Shown here: in pieces, positions 28,539 through 38,130 of the stretch
Layout of the letters: each line of letters starts with the position of its first letter
Position numbering within the stretch: the stretch's first letter is position 1
From: Acidobacteriaceae bacterium
Lineage (GTDB): Bacteria; Acidobacteriota; Terriglobia; Terriglobales; Acidobacteriaceae
Assembly: GCA_965276615.1 (NCBI GenBank)
Contig: OZ255618.1
Location: 2,598,333 to 2,662,332 of the forward strand
DNA: 64,000 nt
Reading direction: 5' to 3'
Position numbers and translations under genes: made by a program
The notes under the pieces: generated by a model
The model's input: only the letters and a program-made list of their open reading frames with translations
Told to the model about the DNA's origin: nothing
Databases searched by the model: none

Positions 28539-28993
28539 GGCTCTGTTGATATCCTCCGATTGTTGTCCTGAGCCCCTTCGGCTTCGCTCCACTTTGTTAC
28601 GCCAGGGCCTGTTCACACTATTCGCCAGGTTCAGAGCATGAGATTCAAGTGCCGGATTGAGCTGATTGCGGGTAGACCCCGGACTTCAGTCCGGGGACCG
28701 AGTTTGAACCCAGGGCGCGCGTTCAGGCGCTGAGGTACACTGCCGACGCCCCAATCGGTAGGAGGGTTCACATGGCTTAAGGAACTTTTTCATCACCTCT
28801 CAACGCAAACTCCGGTAAGTCGCAGCGAGCGCGTTAGACCGCCTGCCGGAACAACTCCGAGAAGCTTCGAGCCTCAGCGCCTGAAGGCGCATTCCGGCGG
28901 CCTCTTATCCCCGGACTAAAGTCCGGGGTCAACCCGAGTGTTAACACGTCCCAGGACGACAGCAATCATTTTGCGCAGGATGTCAACAGAGCC
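28539..28993. mobile_element. MITE-like non-coding element with long imperfect inverted arms
   Basis: The termini are GGCTCTGTTGATATCCT... and ...AGGATGTCAACAGAGCC. Each arm also contains GACCCCGGACTT(C/T)AGTCCGGGGA and TTCAGGCGCTGAGG. CAGTTTT flanks both ends (28532-28538 and 28996-29002). Confidence 0.5.
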
Positions 28994-29035
28994 ATCAGTT
29001 TTTCTGTTGCTATAGACTGCAGGCGCTCGTACCGT

Positions 29036-29061
29036 GCATCCGTTCTTTCAGGAACGGATGC
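29036..29061 (-). terminator. Stem-loop after the GH97 gene
   Basis: GCATCCGTTC-tttcag-GAACGGATGC, a perfect 10-bp stem 44 nt beyond the stop. Confidence 0.5.
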
Positions 29062-29104
29062 GTAAGCTTTTGTTCCGCTGGTATACACCTACGGGAAAAC
29101 TGGT

Positions 29105-31120
29105 TTAGCTGGCCGGCACAAAGCGGATGGCGCAGCCACCGCCTTTAGCTAGGGGCAGCGTCAGCGTATCGCTGCTGCGCACTGTTTGCCTGCGGATCGA
29201 CACATGCTTTGGATGTTCCGCGGCATCGGAAGCGTCCTCGTAAATCTCCGCAGTATAGGTTCCACTGCCGAGAAAACTGAGCGAAACGCGCAGCTCGCGG
29301 GGAGTCCAGTTTGTGATGCTGCCAAGGTACCAGTCGCGACCGTGCCGCCGCGCGATGGTGACGAATTCACCCGGTTCGCCGCCCAGCACGCGCGTAGCAT
29401 CCCAGGCTGTGGGCACGTCCCGCAGGAATTGGAAGCTCGGCTGATCGGCGTAAGCGGAAGGGGTGTCGGAGACCATCTCAAAGGGGGCCTGATACACGAC
29501 ATACAGCGCCAGTTGCTGCGCTCGCGTGCCCATCACCATCGGATGCTGGGAACGCGCGACGAAATCGTCCTCCGTCACATTGTCAAAGCCGCCCGGCGTG
29601 TAGTCGAGAGGACCGTTCAACATGCGCGTGAAGGGAAAGACCGTGCGGTCGACTGGACTATCGCGACGGCCGGCTTTACTGTTTTCCATGCCGAGCACGG
29701 CCTCGTAGTTCAACACATTCGGATAGGTGCGCTCAATGCCCCAGGGCGTTGTCGTTCCATGGAAGTCGACCTCGAGGTGATGGGCGGCCGCGAGCTTCGC
29801 CACGTCGTAGTAAAACTGGATGCCTTTCTGGTCGTTGCGCAGGACGAAGTCGATCTTGATGCCGGCTACGCCCCACTTCTCGTACAGAGGAAAGGCAGTC
29901 TGCATCTGTGCGGCCACCGATTTCGAGTACAGCCAGATCCACACCTTTACATTCTTCTTCGCGGCATAGCGTACCAACTCCGGCACATCCACGTTGCCGC
30001 GCATTTTGGTAATGTCGCGCCCCGACCAGCCGGCGTCGAGCATCATGTACGGAAAGCCGGACTGGGCAGCGAAGTCGACGTAATACTCCATATTCTGGGT
30101 GGTATATGCGGGTTTTCCGTCCGCGCCGATACCGCCGCTCCACCAGTTCCACGAAGCTTTGCCGGAATGGATCCAGCTTGTGTCGGCCACGCGGTTCGGC
30201 GGATTCAGATTGGTCATCACGTTCGATTCGATAAGGTCACCCGCTGTATCACCGAGCAGCACCACGCGCCAGGCGCTCTCGTGCGGCAGGCTGGCGTCGA
30301 CGGCGGGTCCATGGCTCCCCTGGCTATCATCGATGGACGGCGAAACCTTGGTCACCAGGTAATGGCCCGTCCAATTGCCGGAGGGATTTTCGAGGTACAT
30401 CGCGCTGTTGCCTTCGAGGTCTGCTTCGCTGATAGCGGCCCACGCCACACCGGGCACGTGCAGCAGCATCGGTGCTCCGCAGAGGATGTAGCTGGAGACG
30501 CCGCCCTGGTTGCTCAACCCGCTCAGCGCCAGCGGCAGATACTCGGCCTCATACCCGTTCTGATAATTCGGCAGGCGCAGAGCCCACGCTATGGCATCGG
30601 TGCTCGGACGAAACTCCGTGTCTTCCCGCGTAAGTTGATAGCGGTTCAGCGCGGCCTGCTGCGGCACTTGATAGCGGAAAGCCACAGCGTTGTTGTAGAC
30701 GCGCGCTTCCATCGCGAACTTGCGGCCGGGGCTGGCGCCCTCGGCCACCTGCACCGTCACATCGTTGTAGGCGTCATGCACGGCAGAGGTCTTGCCTGCC
30801 AGCTGCGTGTAATCGTCCACGCCCGAACCTGGCGTGCTGCCGGTGATGTGCACTGCGGCACCCAGAGGCGGCTGGTTGGCCAGCTCCAGGCGCAGCGCGG
30901 AATTTTCAAAAACTGGCTTGCCGCGGAAGACAACCGAGTACATTAACTGCCCCTCGCCGGAGGCTTGCCCCTTGCCGGGTACGACGGCAAAGCGCAGGAT
31001 GATCCGGTGATCGGGAGAGCTGACTTCGATCGGGCCGGATTGCGCTCGAGCCAGCGAAACCCCAAGCAGCGCCAGAACCGATACCGCACACAAGACATAC
31101 GGCTTGCCTCGCACCATCAT
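29105..31120 (-). CDS. GH97 glycoside hydrolase (alpha-glucosidase/alpha-galactosidase family)
   Basis: YVDFAAQSGFPYMMLDAGWS and GIKIDFV...VDFHGTTTPWGIERTYPN are GH97-like. The start was reset to ATG 31120 (GGAGG 3-6 nt upstream), giving the signal peptide MMVRGKPYVLCAVSVLALLG. Confidence 0.85.
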   Translation of the reverse strand: MMVRGKPYVLCAVSVLALLGVSLARAQSGPIEVSSPDHRIILRFAVVPGKGQASGEGQLMYSVVFRGKPVFENSALRLELANQPPLGAAVHITGSTPGSGVDDYTQLAGKTSAVHDAYNDVTVQVAEGASPGRKFAMEARVYNNAVAFRYQVPQQAALNRYQLTREDTEFRPSTDAIAWALRLPNYQNGYEAEYLPLALSGLSNQGGVSSYILCGAPMLLHVPGVAWAAISEADLEGNSAMYLENPSGNWTGHYLVTKVSPSIDDSQGSHGPAVDASLPHESAWRVVLLGDTAGDLIESNVMTNLNPPNRVADTSWIHSGKASWNWWSGGIGADGKPAYTTQNMEYYVDFAAQSGFPYMMLDAGWSGRDITKMRGNVDVPELVRYAAKKNVKVWIWLYSKSVAAQMQTAFPLYEKWGVAGIKIDFVLRNDQKGIQFYYDVAKLAAAHHLEVDFHGTTTPWGIERTYPNVLNYEAVLGMENSKAGRRDSPVDRTVFPFTRMLNGPLDYTPGGFDNVTEDDFVARSQHPMVMGTRAQQLALYVVYQAPFEMVSDTPSAYADQPSFQFLRDVPTAWDATRVLGGEPGEFVTIARRHGRDWYLGSITNWTPRELRVSLSFLGSGTYTAEIYEDASDAAEHPKHVSIRRQTVRSSDTLTLPLAKGGGCAIRFVPAS

Positions 31121-31187
31121 TCGCCTCCGTTGGTCATTGTTTAGGGAATCTCTGATTAAGTTCGCTGGAGATAACATGCTCTCCTCA

Positions 31188-31241
31188 GCGGCTGAAGCCG
31201 CAGTTATTTTGCTGACATTTACGGACGGCTGAAGGCCGTCC
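31188..31241. repeat. Two intercistronic hairpins with TGAA(G) loops
   Basis: GCGGC-tgaa-GCCGC (31188-31201) and GGACGGC-tgaag-GCCGTCC (31223-31241), between the TBDR stop and the GH97 start. Confidence 0.6.
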
Positions 31242-31271
31242 CCTTCAAAACAGAGGCTAATCAGATGTTCC

Positions 31272-34200
31272 TTAGAACTGGTATTTCAATGAAAGCTGAA
31301 AGAAGCGGGCATCCGGGGTATTTTGCTGGAAGGACTGAGGCCCGGTGATTTGTCCGCCGATGGAGTTGATGCTTGTGTTCGATGGGTTGGCGAAGGTTGG
31401 ATGGTTCAATAGATTGAACGCATCGGCTCGGAACTGTAGAAACTGCTCATGCCAGGTGTTGAAGTTCTTGAACAGAGACATATTCACGCGGTTATAGCCA
31501 GGTCCGTAAATCTGATTGGACCGGCCGCCCAGATATTGGAGTGCCTGGGAAAAGCTGGTGATCTGCGAGCCCGGGCCGGAAAGCGGAATACTGTTGCCCG
31601 GTTTCGGATTGGCGAATGCACAAGGGTTATACCAATTGACCTTGTTTCGCGTGCGGGGGGCACAGGTGGCAGTGGGATTTGTCGGATCGGGAGATCCGCC
31701 GGGGGTAAAAGGATCGCGAACCAGGATCGCCCTTGCACTGCCGCCGGCCGCCGTGCCGATATTCGGCGAAACCGTAAAAGGAGTTCCCGTTTGAGCGACA
31801 AAGGTCAGGCTGACGGCCCAGCCTCCCGCTGCCAGATCGGCCACTCGAGAACTTTGGTTCATATACGCTCTCCCCTTGCCGAAGGGCAGCTCATAGTTGC
31901 CGTTGAAGGTGAAGCGGTTTCGCACGTCGTAGGCCGAATTGGTGAATTCGTCGATGACCGGAATCAGCGCTTCATTCCGGACGCCAATGGCAGTCTCGAG
32001 TCCGCCCGCATCGCTGCTGTCATCCATAGCGTGGGCCCAGGTATAGGTAGCGAGGAAGCTCAATCCATCCGAATATCGTTTCTCCATTTTGGCCTGCAGC
32101 GAGTTGTACGTGCTCACGCCTCCATAGCTGATCGTGCCGACTCCACCCAGCCCAGGAAAGGGCTGATATTTTGTCGTACTTTGCCCTGGAGTCAACAGCA
32201 GGGGAGCAGTATTCGGAGCGTAATAGTAGGGTAAGTGACGGGAAATATCGCCCACATAACTCAAAGACGCAACCATGCTGTTGGTCAATGCGTATTGCGC
32301 CGACAGGTTGTAGTCCTGCACATACGGCGTTTTGACCAACTTATCGATCGCATGGAACCCAGGCTGCGAGACAAAGCTCTGCAGACCTCCGGCAAGCTGC
32401 GAGGAAAGACCATTTTCCAGCGTAATTTCGGTCGAAGGACAGTTGCCAAAGCTGCAGGATGGAGCGGGGATCGAGGCGGTCAGCGAAAAAGGAAAGTTGG
32501 ATCCCAGGTTTCCATTTCCCTCGTTTTGAATACCGCCGTAGAAAAATCCGTACCCGCCGTGGATCGCCGATTTCGAACTCACTTGATACGCGAAGCCGAT
32601 GCGGGGCGCGAAGTTTGTCTTCTGGGCGCTCACCAGCCGTTCGTTCTTTACATACTGGATGCTTACATTATTCGCCGCCATCAGTTGTGTGAACTTTGCG
32701 CCGAGAGGCACGTTCTGGGCCTTCGCATCGATCTGATATACCGCCGATCCAGTACCGATTCCCAGCGGACCGGTGACGACAAAGTTGGCCTGGCTCCCCG
32801 ACATTTCTTTGTAGGGCTGGTAATAGTCATACCGTACGCCGAGGTTGAGGGTCAGCAGAGGCGTAACTCTCCAGTTGTCCTCGACGTAGGCCGAGTTATA
32901 CCACCGCTGATCGTTGATTTTCGGCGCGTTCGATATGCTCACGCCGTTCATCTGGTTGACCAGAAAATCCGCCACTCCGGAACCGGTCGGGTTTTTCGAT
33001 GCCGGGCTGCTGGTATAGGTACCGGAGTAGGTGTAGGAGCCGCGCGTGTTTGCGCCCGCGTCGTAGGCGAAGCGGAGATTTTCGAGAGCGATACCGAACT
33101 TCACCGAATGATTTCCCAGGACCTTGGTCACATTGTCGAGAATCTGATAGACATTCTGTGACTCGACTGCAGGCATAAACCCGCTTTCACCGAAGCGGGT
33201 AATCCCGCCCACGCTGACCGTCGGAAGGCCGCCGTTATCGGGGCCAAAGGGCACACCGCCCAAGCCTAGCTGCGCTGCGATATTTGTATTTGCGTTTGGC
33301 TGGAGAAAGGTGAAACTGCCCCAGTTGTAGCCAAAGCGGAACTCGTTCGTCAGGTTGGGAGTGAATATATGGGTTTCGCTGAGCATGCCGGTCTCCGCCA
33401 GAAAGTTGTTCTGGTAGCCGCCGTAGCCGCTGCCGTCAAGAATCGGACCTAGAGGAAGAGCACTGAGAGCCTGCTGATGGTTATAGCTATAGCGCGAATA
33501 TGCCTGGTCCTTCTGGCTGATGTTCCAGTCCAGTCGCTGGTCCCATTGCCAGGTGTTGTTATGCTGGCTGATATTCTCCACCAGGTTGTTGTACGTCTTG
33601 CCGCCGTTCGCGTTTGGCTGCGGGTACAGGTTCAGGATTTTTAGCGCGACTGCGTCGATCTGGTTCGGGCATAGCACGTTGAGTTGTCCATTACATGCCT
33701 GCCGATTCGATGGATCGTTTTGACCGGTAGTATCCCGGTTACCGCCAGAATTCGGCGCAAACAAGTAAATCGGCAAGATTCTCCCTGTCAGGTTTGTATT
33801 CAGTAATTCGGAAAAATTCCCCTGTCGCATGAGAGGCGTGGGCGTAGCGTACGTGCCCGTATTGGCAATCGAAATCCGATTCGCTTCCGCGTCTCCAAAA
33901 TAGAAGAGCTTGTTTTTTATGATGGGGAACCCAAGCGTGGCCCCAAACTGGTTTTCATGGTACGGAGGAACCGTCAGTGCATTCCAGTTGGTTGCATCCA
34001 GGACCGTGTTGCGAAAGTACTCCCACAGGGCACCATGAATCTGGTTGGTGCCGGACTTGATGCTGGCGCTCACCACAGCACCGGCGGAGTGGCCAAACTC
34101 GGCGCTGTAGTCTCCCGTGTCAATCTTGAATTCCGCCAACGCGTCCGGGGGAGGCCGGATCACATAGCTGGCGCCATTCAGAAAATCCACCAGGTTAGTG

Positions 34201-34820
34201 TTGTTATCGACGCCGTCCAGAATGAAGTTATTCTGTTCCGGGTTGGTGCCGTTGGCAATAAAGTCGCCCGTGCCGCTACCGCGGGTATGTCCGAAGGGCG
34301 GAGCGACTCCAGCCGTCAACTGCGCGATATAGACCCAGTTGCGTCCGTTGAGCGGCGTGTCATTGATCGCTCTCGCGCTGATGACCTGCCCAACAGACCC
34401 TTCCTGCGTCTGCAGCAAGGGAGGCGCGCCGGTGACCGTTACCGTCTCTGACACAGCGCCGAGTTTCAGGACAAGGACAACATTCAAACGTTGCTGCATG
34501 TCCAGATGCAGGTTCTGCTGGGTTGTGGTCTGGAATCCGGGCGCGGTTGCGCTTACCTTGTAGTTGCCGATCTTGACGGGAGAAAAAACGTAGATACCGC
34601 TGCCATTCGCCTTGCTCTGGAGAACCAGGCCGGTGTCCGTGTCGGTCAGCGTAACCTGCGCAGCCGGCACGGCTGCATTGGACGTGTCCTGCACAACTCC
34701 GGTAATGGTTCCCTGGTCAAGCTGCGCGAAGACTGCGGGCGCCGAAAAAAGCAGAAGGAGGGCGATCCAGCAGAACCCCTTGGCAGATGCGTGGAAAGTG
34801 CGAGGTACAAAACCTGACAT
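31272..34820 (-). CDS. TonB-dependent receptor (CarboxypepD_reg N-domain); paralogue of 38291-41845
   Basis: QLDQGTITGVVQDTSNAAVPAAQVTLTDTDTG N-domain and C-terminal LKYQF. GGGAGG lies 7 nt upstream. Confidence 0.85.
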   Translation of the reverse strand: MSGFVPRTFHASAKGFCWIALLLLFSAPAVFAQLDQGTITGVVQDTSNAAVPAAQVTLTDTDTGLVLQSKANGSGIYVFSPVKIGNYKVSATAPGFQTTTQQNLHLDMQQRLNVVLVLKLGAVSETVTVTGAPPLLQTQEGSVGQVISARAINDTPLNGRNWVYIAQLTAGVAPPFGHTRGSGTGDFIANGTNPEQNNFILDGVDNNTNLVDFLNGASYVIRPPPDALAEFKIDTGDYSAEFGHSAGAVVSASIKSGTNQIHGALWEYFRNTVLDATNWNALTVPPYHENQFGATLGFPIIKNKLFYFGDAEANRISIANTGTYATPTPLMRQGNFSELLNTNLTGRILPIYLFAPNSGGNRDTTGQNDPSNRQACNGQLNVLCPNQIDAVALKILNLYPQPNANGGKTYNNLVENISQHNNTWQWDQRLDWNISQKDQAYSRYSYNHQQALSALPLGPILDGSGYGGYQNNFLAETGMLSETHIFTPNLTNEFRFGYNWGSFTFLQPNANTNIAAQLGLGGVPFGPDNGGLPTVSVGGITRFGESGFMPAVESQNVYQILDNVTKVLGNHSVKFGIALENLRFAYDAGANTRGSYTYSGTYTSSPASKNPTGSGVADFLVNQMNGVSISNAPKINDQRWYNSAYVEDNWRVTPLLTLNLGVRYDYYQPYKEMSGSQANFVVTGPLGIGTGSAVYQIDAKAQNVPLGAKFTQLMAANNVSIQYVKNERLVSAQKTNFAPRIGFAYQVSSKSAIHGGYGFFYGGIQNEGNGNLGSNFPFSLTASIPAPSCSFGNCPSTEITLENGLSSQLAGGLQSFVSQPGFHAIDKLVKTPYVQDYNLSAQYALTNSMVASLSYVGDISRHLPYYYAPNTAPLLLTPGQSTTKYQPFPGLGGVGTISYGGVSTYNSLQAKMEKRYSDGLSFLATYTWAHAMDDSSDAGGLETAIGVRNEALIPVIDEFTNSAYDVRNRFTFNGNYELPFGKGRAYMNQSSRVADLAAGGWAVSLTFVAQTGTPFTVSPNIGTAAGGSARAILVRDPFTPGGSPDPTNPTATCAPRTRNKVNWYNPCAFANPKPGNSIPLSGPGSQITSFSQALQYLGGRSNQIYGPGYNRVNMSLFKNFNTWHEQFLQFRADAFNLLNHPTFANPSNTSINSIGGQITGPQSFQQNTPDARFFQLSLKYQF

Positions 34821-35125
34821 GCTCTAGCCTCCCAAAGTTCAATCACAGCAGACACCCATCGTGCTGCCGCTCCGCACTCCCCGCAAACTCATGCCGCAGT
34901 GGAATACCGGAGCAAACTACATTTCAATCAGTAGAGTTCTTCAATGGGACGTGTACGTTGCCGAATAGCACGATAAGAGCTAAATGGAAGAGTTGTCAAG
35001 TTGTCAGACGGAACGTGGAAAATGCGGGCAGTAATTGTTCTAAGTTCGTTTGTTGCCAGTTCGATGCTTCTGGAATCGTAATGTCTCTGCTAGGGCGAAT
35101 TTCAGCGACATTTGCTTTTATATTC

Positions 35126-35137
35126 GGTAACGTAAAC
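35126..35137. promoter_or_regulatory. LacI-type operator copy C (GGTAACGTAAAC)
   Basis: Identical 12-mer to 18958-18969, in the divergent region between the TBDR (start 34820) and yeiH-like (start 35383). A weaker relative, GTGTACGTTGCC, lies at 34951-34962. Confidence 0.5.
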
Positions 35138-35382
35138 GGAATCGTGGGCGACTTTGTCGAGAGGCAGCAGAACCAGTCTCTTGAGTTATTGATTTCCTGA
35201 ATAAGTATCGGGCCGATGGTGTCTTCACCTCTTTTTGCTCCTCGTCCGGTAAGGAAGCGCTCAATATGCAAAAAGACCGGCACGATGCATCGGCCAGTCG
35301 ACGGCCTCAGCAATAAGCCACGCCTATCTCCAATAAGAAAATAGGTTTGGACGGTATACGGACGTTTCGAGACACTCAGCAA

Positions 35383-36303
35383 ATGATGAAAAACCTGTTT
35401 TTCATTGGCATTGTCATTTCCGCCAGTGGACTGATTTCCCCGGCCTTTGCGTTAGTTATCGGGCTGACTTACGGGCTAACAGTGGAGCATCCGTTTCAGG
35501 ATGAGAGCAGGCATCTCACACGATTTCTGCTGCAGGCTTCCGTGGTTTTTCTGGGCTTTGGAATGAACTTGCAGGAGGTGGTGCATGCCGGCCGCTCCGG
35601 CTTCATCTATACGGCCATCACCATCAGCGTTGCGCTTGTCCTTGGAATGCTGTTGGGACGAGTGTTCGGCGTGGAACGCACCCAGGGGTTCCTCATCTCC
35701 GCCGGAACGGCGATTTGCGGCGGAAGCGCAATTGCCGCTGTCGGCCCCGTGGTGAACGCGAACGACGAAGAGATGGCGGTCTCCCTTGGCACCGTCTTCG
35801 TGCTCAATTCGGTGGCGCTGCTTCTGTTTCCCTTCATTGGCGCAAGACTGCATCTGACCCAGACGCAGTTCGGCTTGTGGGCCGCATTGGCAATCCACGA
35901 TACCAGCTCCGTGGTGGGCGCGGCGGCAAAGTATGGGTCTTCGGCATTAGTGATCGCTACGACGGTCAAGCTGGCCCGAGCTCTATGGATTGTGCCTCTG
36001 GTGATCGTCACGGCGGCGGTGAAAAAGAGCGAAGTCAAAATTCAGTGGCCGTGGTTTATTTTGTACTTCGCTTTGGCTGCGGTGATGAACACCTACGTGC
36101 ATCCCCTTCGGCATTTGTATCCCGCGCTCTCGAAACTGGGAAAAGACGGACTCGACGTGACGCTTTTCCTGATCGGCACCGGCCTCAGCCGCGCAACATT
36201 GCGCGAAGTGGGCATTCGCCCGATGCTGCAAGGCGTGGGGCTGTGGGTGGTTATGGCCTTGGGAACACTCTGGGCCATACGTGCCGGATGGATTGCGCTG
36301 TAA
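35383..36303 (+). CDS. YeiH/UPF0324 family membrane protein (putative sulfate exporter family)
   Basis: 306 aa and multi-TM, with YeiH-like sequence such as GTAICGGSAIAAVGPV. The start was reset to the MMKNLFF Met. Confidence 0.7.
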   Translation: MMKNLFFIGIVISASGLISPAFALVIGLTYGLTVEHPFQDESRHLTRFLLQASVVFLGFGMNLQEVVHAGRSGFIYTAITISVALVLGMLLGRVFGVERTQGFLISAGTAICGGSAIAAVGPVVNANDEEMAVSLGTVFVLNSVALLLFPFIGARLHLTQTQFGLWAALAIHDTSSVVGAAAKYGSSALVIATTVKLARALWIVPLVIVTAAVKKSEVKIQWPWFILYFALAAVMNTYVHPLRHLYPALSKLGKDGLDVTLFLIGTGLSRATLREVGIRPMLQGVGLWVVMALGTLWAIRAGWIAL

Positions 36304-36404
36304 CCGGTGCATCTATAAAAAACGGAGTTTATCTATCGACGACTCACGGCCGCCGTGGCTAACGCCTTCACTTTTCTTGATGGTGCAAAACCTTGGGCAG
36401 ACCC

Positions 36405-37640
36405 TTACGGGCACGTGTCGCCGGGCGGCGGCGTGTACGACGGATTGCGATCGGCGAGCACGCCAAAGGCCGGCTTCTCCACTCCTGTGCTGTCGAAGAG
36501 CGACCAATGCTGGCCGTCAGACTCATCGGCTTTGGTGTAGTAGATACGCTCGATCCGACGGCTGGCGGTCGCTGTCAGGCGAAGCAGGAACGATGCAGCG
36601 CACGCCTGGAGCACAGGATTCGGATTGGTCTGTGGATACTGTCCCGCACCAACCTCCGTGTCCCAGATTTTCACTTTGGTCCATCCATGGGTCGACAAGC
36701 TGTTCAATAGCACGTACGTCGTGCAGCTCTTGTCGGAAATGCTGTTACAGTTTGGATTTTGGTTGATGTAGTCGTTGATGTTATCCCAGCCGTGATATGC
36801 GAATATCTCGGGGCGGAACGAAAGTTTTTCTGCCAAGCCGTACGATGGGGCGTCGGCCACGAGATAATGCTTGTACGTATCCATGTAGGTCGCATTGCTG
36901 CACAGGGTCTTAGCGTCGTTTTTGCAATTCTGGACAAAGCCCTGCCCCAGGTTGCCGTTCGATCCAAAGTCGCCAGCCGCCACGGAGCAGTTGTGGTCCG
37001 GCCGGCAGTGCTTGCGGATGGCGAGATAATAGTCGGCCGCGATGTGGGCATCTAACACTGCGTGCAGTCCGTCTCCGGTTGGGCTTCCGTTGTTCGGCTC
37101 GTTCCACGGGGTATACGCAAACCTGCCCGTCCAGCCCGTATACGACCACGATGTCTTGTGGAATGCCTTGAACGCAGTTTCGAAATCTGAGGCAGTTGGA
37201 AATCCTGTGCCGCTGCTGACGCCACTGACATATTTGAAGGTGATGAGCGCCTCATCACAGTGGCCTTGAGCGTGACTCAACCAGTCCTCAAACCAGGAGC
37301 GGGAACCCTCCGTGCCGATAGGGCCCGATGCAACGGCCTGCTCCGCAATGTCCCACGACAGATAGGCATGACAGTGGCGGTTGCCGGGCATATGGAGTCC
37401 AAGCGTCTGGTAATAGGCTTCGGTCGCCGAATAGAAAATGTCCATGTACGGGAACTGTTCGTCTGGGCCGTTGAAACCGATGTTAAGATTCTGAGCTTTT
37501 TGTGCGACGGTCTTCTCGGGGTTCCGCCAATTCTCGTCTGCGGTCTGCCCATGAGCGATGACCGGAAGCAAGGCGGTGAGTGCGAGGAGAGCGAGAGACG
37601 TGAGAGCGCGGTTAAGCAAAGGGCGCGAGATTATCTTCAT
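36405..37640 (-). CDS. Secreted clan GH-A-like glycoside hydrolase (catalytic-core type), family unassigned
   Basis: Signal peptide MKIISRPLLNRALTSLALLALTALLPVIAHG. TPWNEPN (acid/base-like NEP) and IWDTEVG (nucleophile-like) motifs. The start was reset to ATG 37640. Confidence 0.5.
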   Translation of the reverse strand: MKIISRPLLNRALTSLALLALTALLPVIAHGQTADENWRNPEKTVAQKAQNLNIGFNGPDEQFPYMDIFYSATEAYYQTLGLHMPGNRHCHAYLSWDIAEQAVASGPIGTEGSRSWFEDWLSHAQGHCDEALITFKYVSGVSSGTGFPTASDFETAFKAFHKTSWSYTGWTGRFAYTPWNEPNNGSPTGDGLHAVLDAHIAADYYLAIRKHCRPDHNCSVAAGDFGSNGNLGQGFVQNCKNDAKTLCSNATYMDTYKHYLVADAPSYGLAEKLSFRPEIFAYHGWDNINDYINQNPNCNSISDKSCTTYVLLNSLSTHGWTKVKIWDTEVGAGQYPQTNPNPVLQACAASFLLRLTATASRRIERIYYTKADESDGQHWSLFDSTGVEKPAFGVLADRNPSYTPPPGDTCP

Positions 37641-37708
37641 GGCATGGACACCTTCGTCTTGGTTGAATGGACAAAATTCCTGTCTTTCGAGAAACCGCCT
37701 TAATTCAG

Positions 37709-37726
37709 GCTGTACACGGTTACAGC
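37709..37726. promoter_or_regulatory. Candidate operator GCTGTACACGGTTACAGC
   Basis: 6-bp perfect arms. The core TGTACACGGTTACA resembles cre/LacI-type boxes. It lies 69 bp upstream of the 37640 start. Confidence 0.3.
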
Positions 37727-37769
37727 TTCGCAAAAGGTCGATTGCAAAGCCCAATTCGGCTAGTTTGTA

Positions 37770-38036
37770 TCATAAGCCGTGTTCCTCCCGCAACTCCTCG
37801 TGGAAATGCCGCTCTTGGAAATGCCGCAGGTTCAGATCGAAATATCCTTCACGAAGCGCGGCGCGCCTCTGTTCGAACAGCCCGTCGTAATCGTGCTGCT
37901 CATACGTCCCCCATCGACGCGTTTTCCTAAAACTGATGCCGATGCCTTCCATCGTCCGCCAACCGGTGATCTTCCTCGCTGTCGTCGGCAGGATCACTTC
38001 CTGTACATTTATCGCCCCGCCAAGCGGACACCTCAC
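37770..38036 (-). CDS. Hypothetical small ORF (88 aa) in a 650-bp divergent intergenic region
   Basis: The charged helical-looking C-terminus WGTYEQHDYDGLFEQRRAALREGYFDLNLRHFQERHFHEEL is the only support. There is no SD and no recognisable family. Confidence 0.2.
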   Translation of the reverse strand: MRCPLGGAINVQEVILPTTARKITGWRTMEGIGISFRKTRRWGTYEQHDYDGLFEQRRAALREGYFDLNLRHFQERHFHEELREEHGL

Positions 38037-38115
38037 CTGCTATTTCATCTGGACATGCCATCTGCTAAACGACGCCAGCAAAATATGTCGATTGACAATG
38101 TGTGACCCTGGGGAT

Positions 38116-38130
38116 TACAAAACGTTTGTA
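38116..38130. promoter_or_regulatory. Candidate operator TACAAA-ACG-TTTGTA
   Basis: Perfect 6-bp arms with an AAACGTTT-type core like PurR/GalR-class boxes. It lies 161 bp upstream of the TBDR start 38291. Confidence 0.3.

Noticed and set aside
28700-28715. tRNA-like T-arm impression (GGGTTCAAACTCGG on the minus strand)
   Set aside because: The flanking bases cannot form a T-stem, acceptor stem or anticodon arm. The stretch lies inside the MITE-like inverted arm.
28771-28878. 35-codon minus-strand ORF (MKKFLKPCEPSYRLGRRQCTSAPERAPWVQTRSPD) inside the MITE-like element
   Set aside because: The SD-like GAGGTG directly abuts the ATG with no spacing. The ORF runs through the repeat hairpins and is probably fortuitous.
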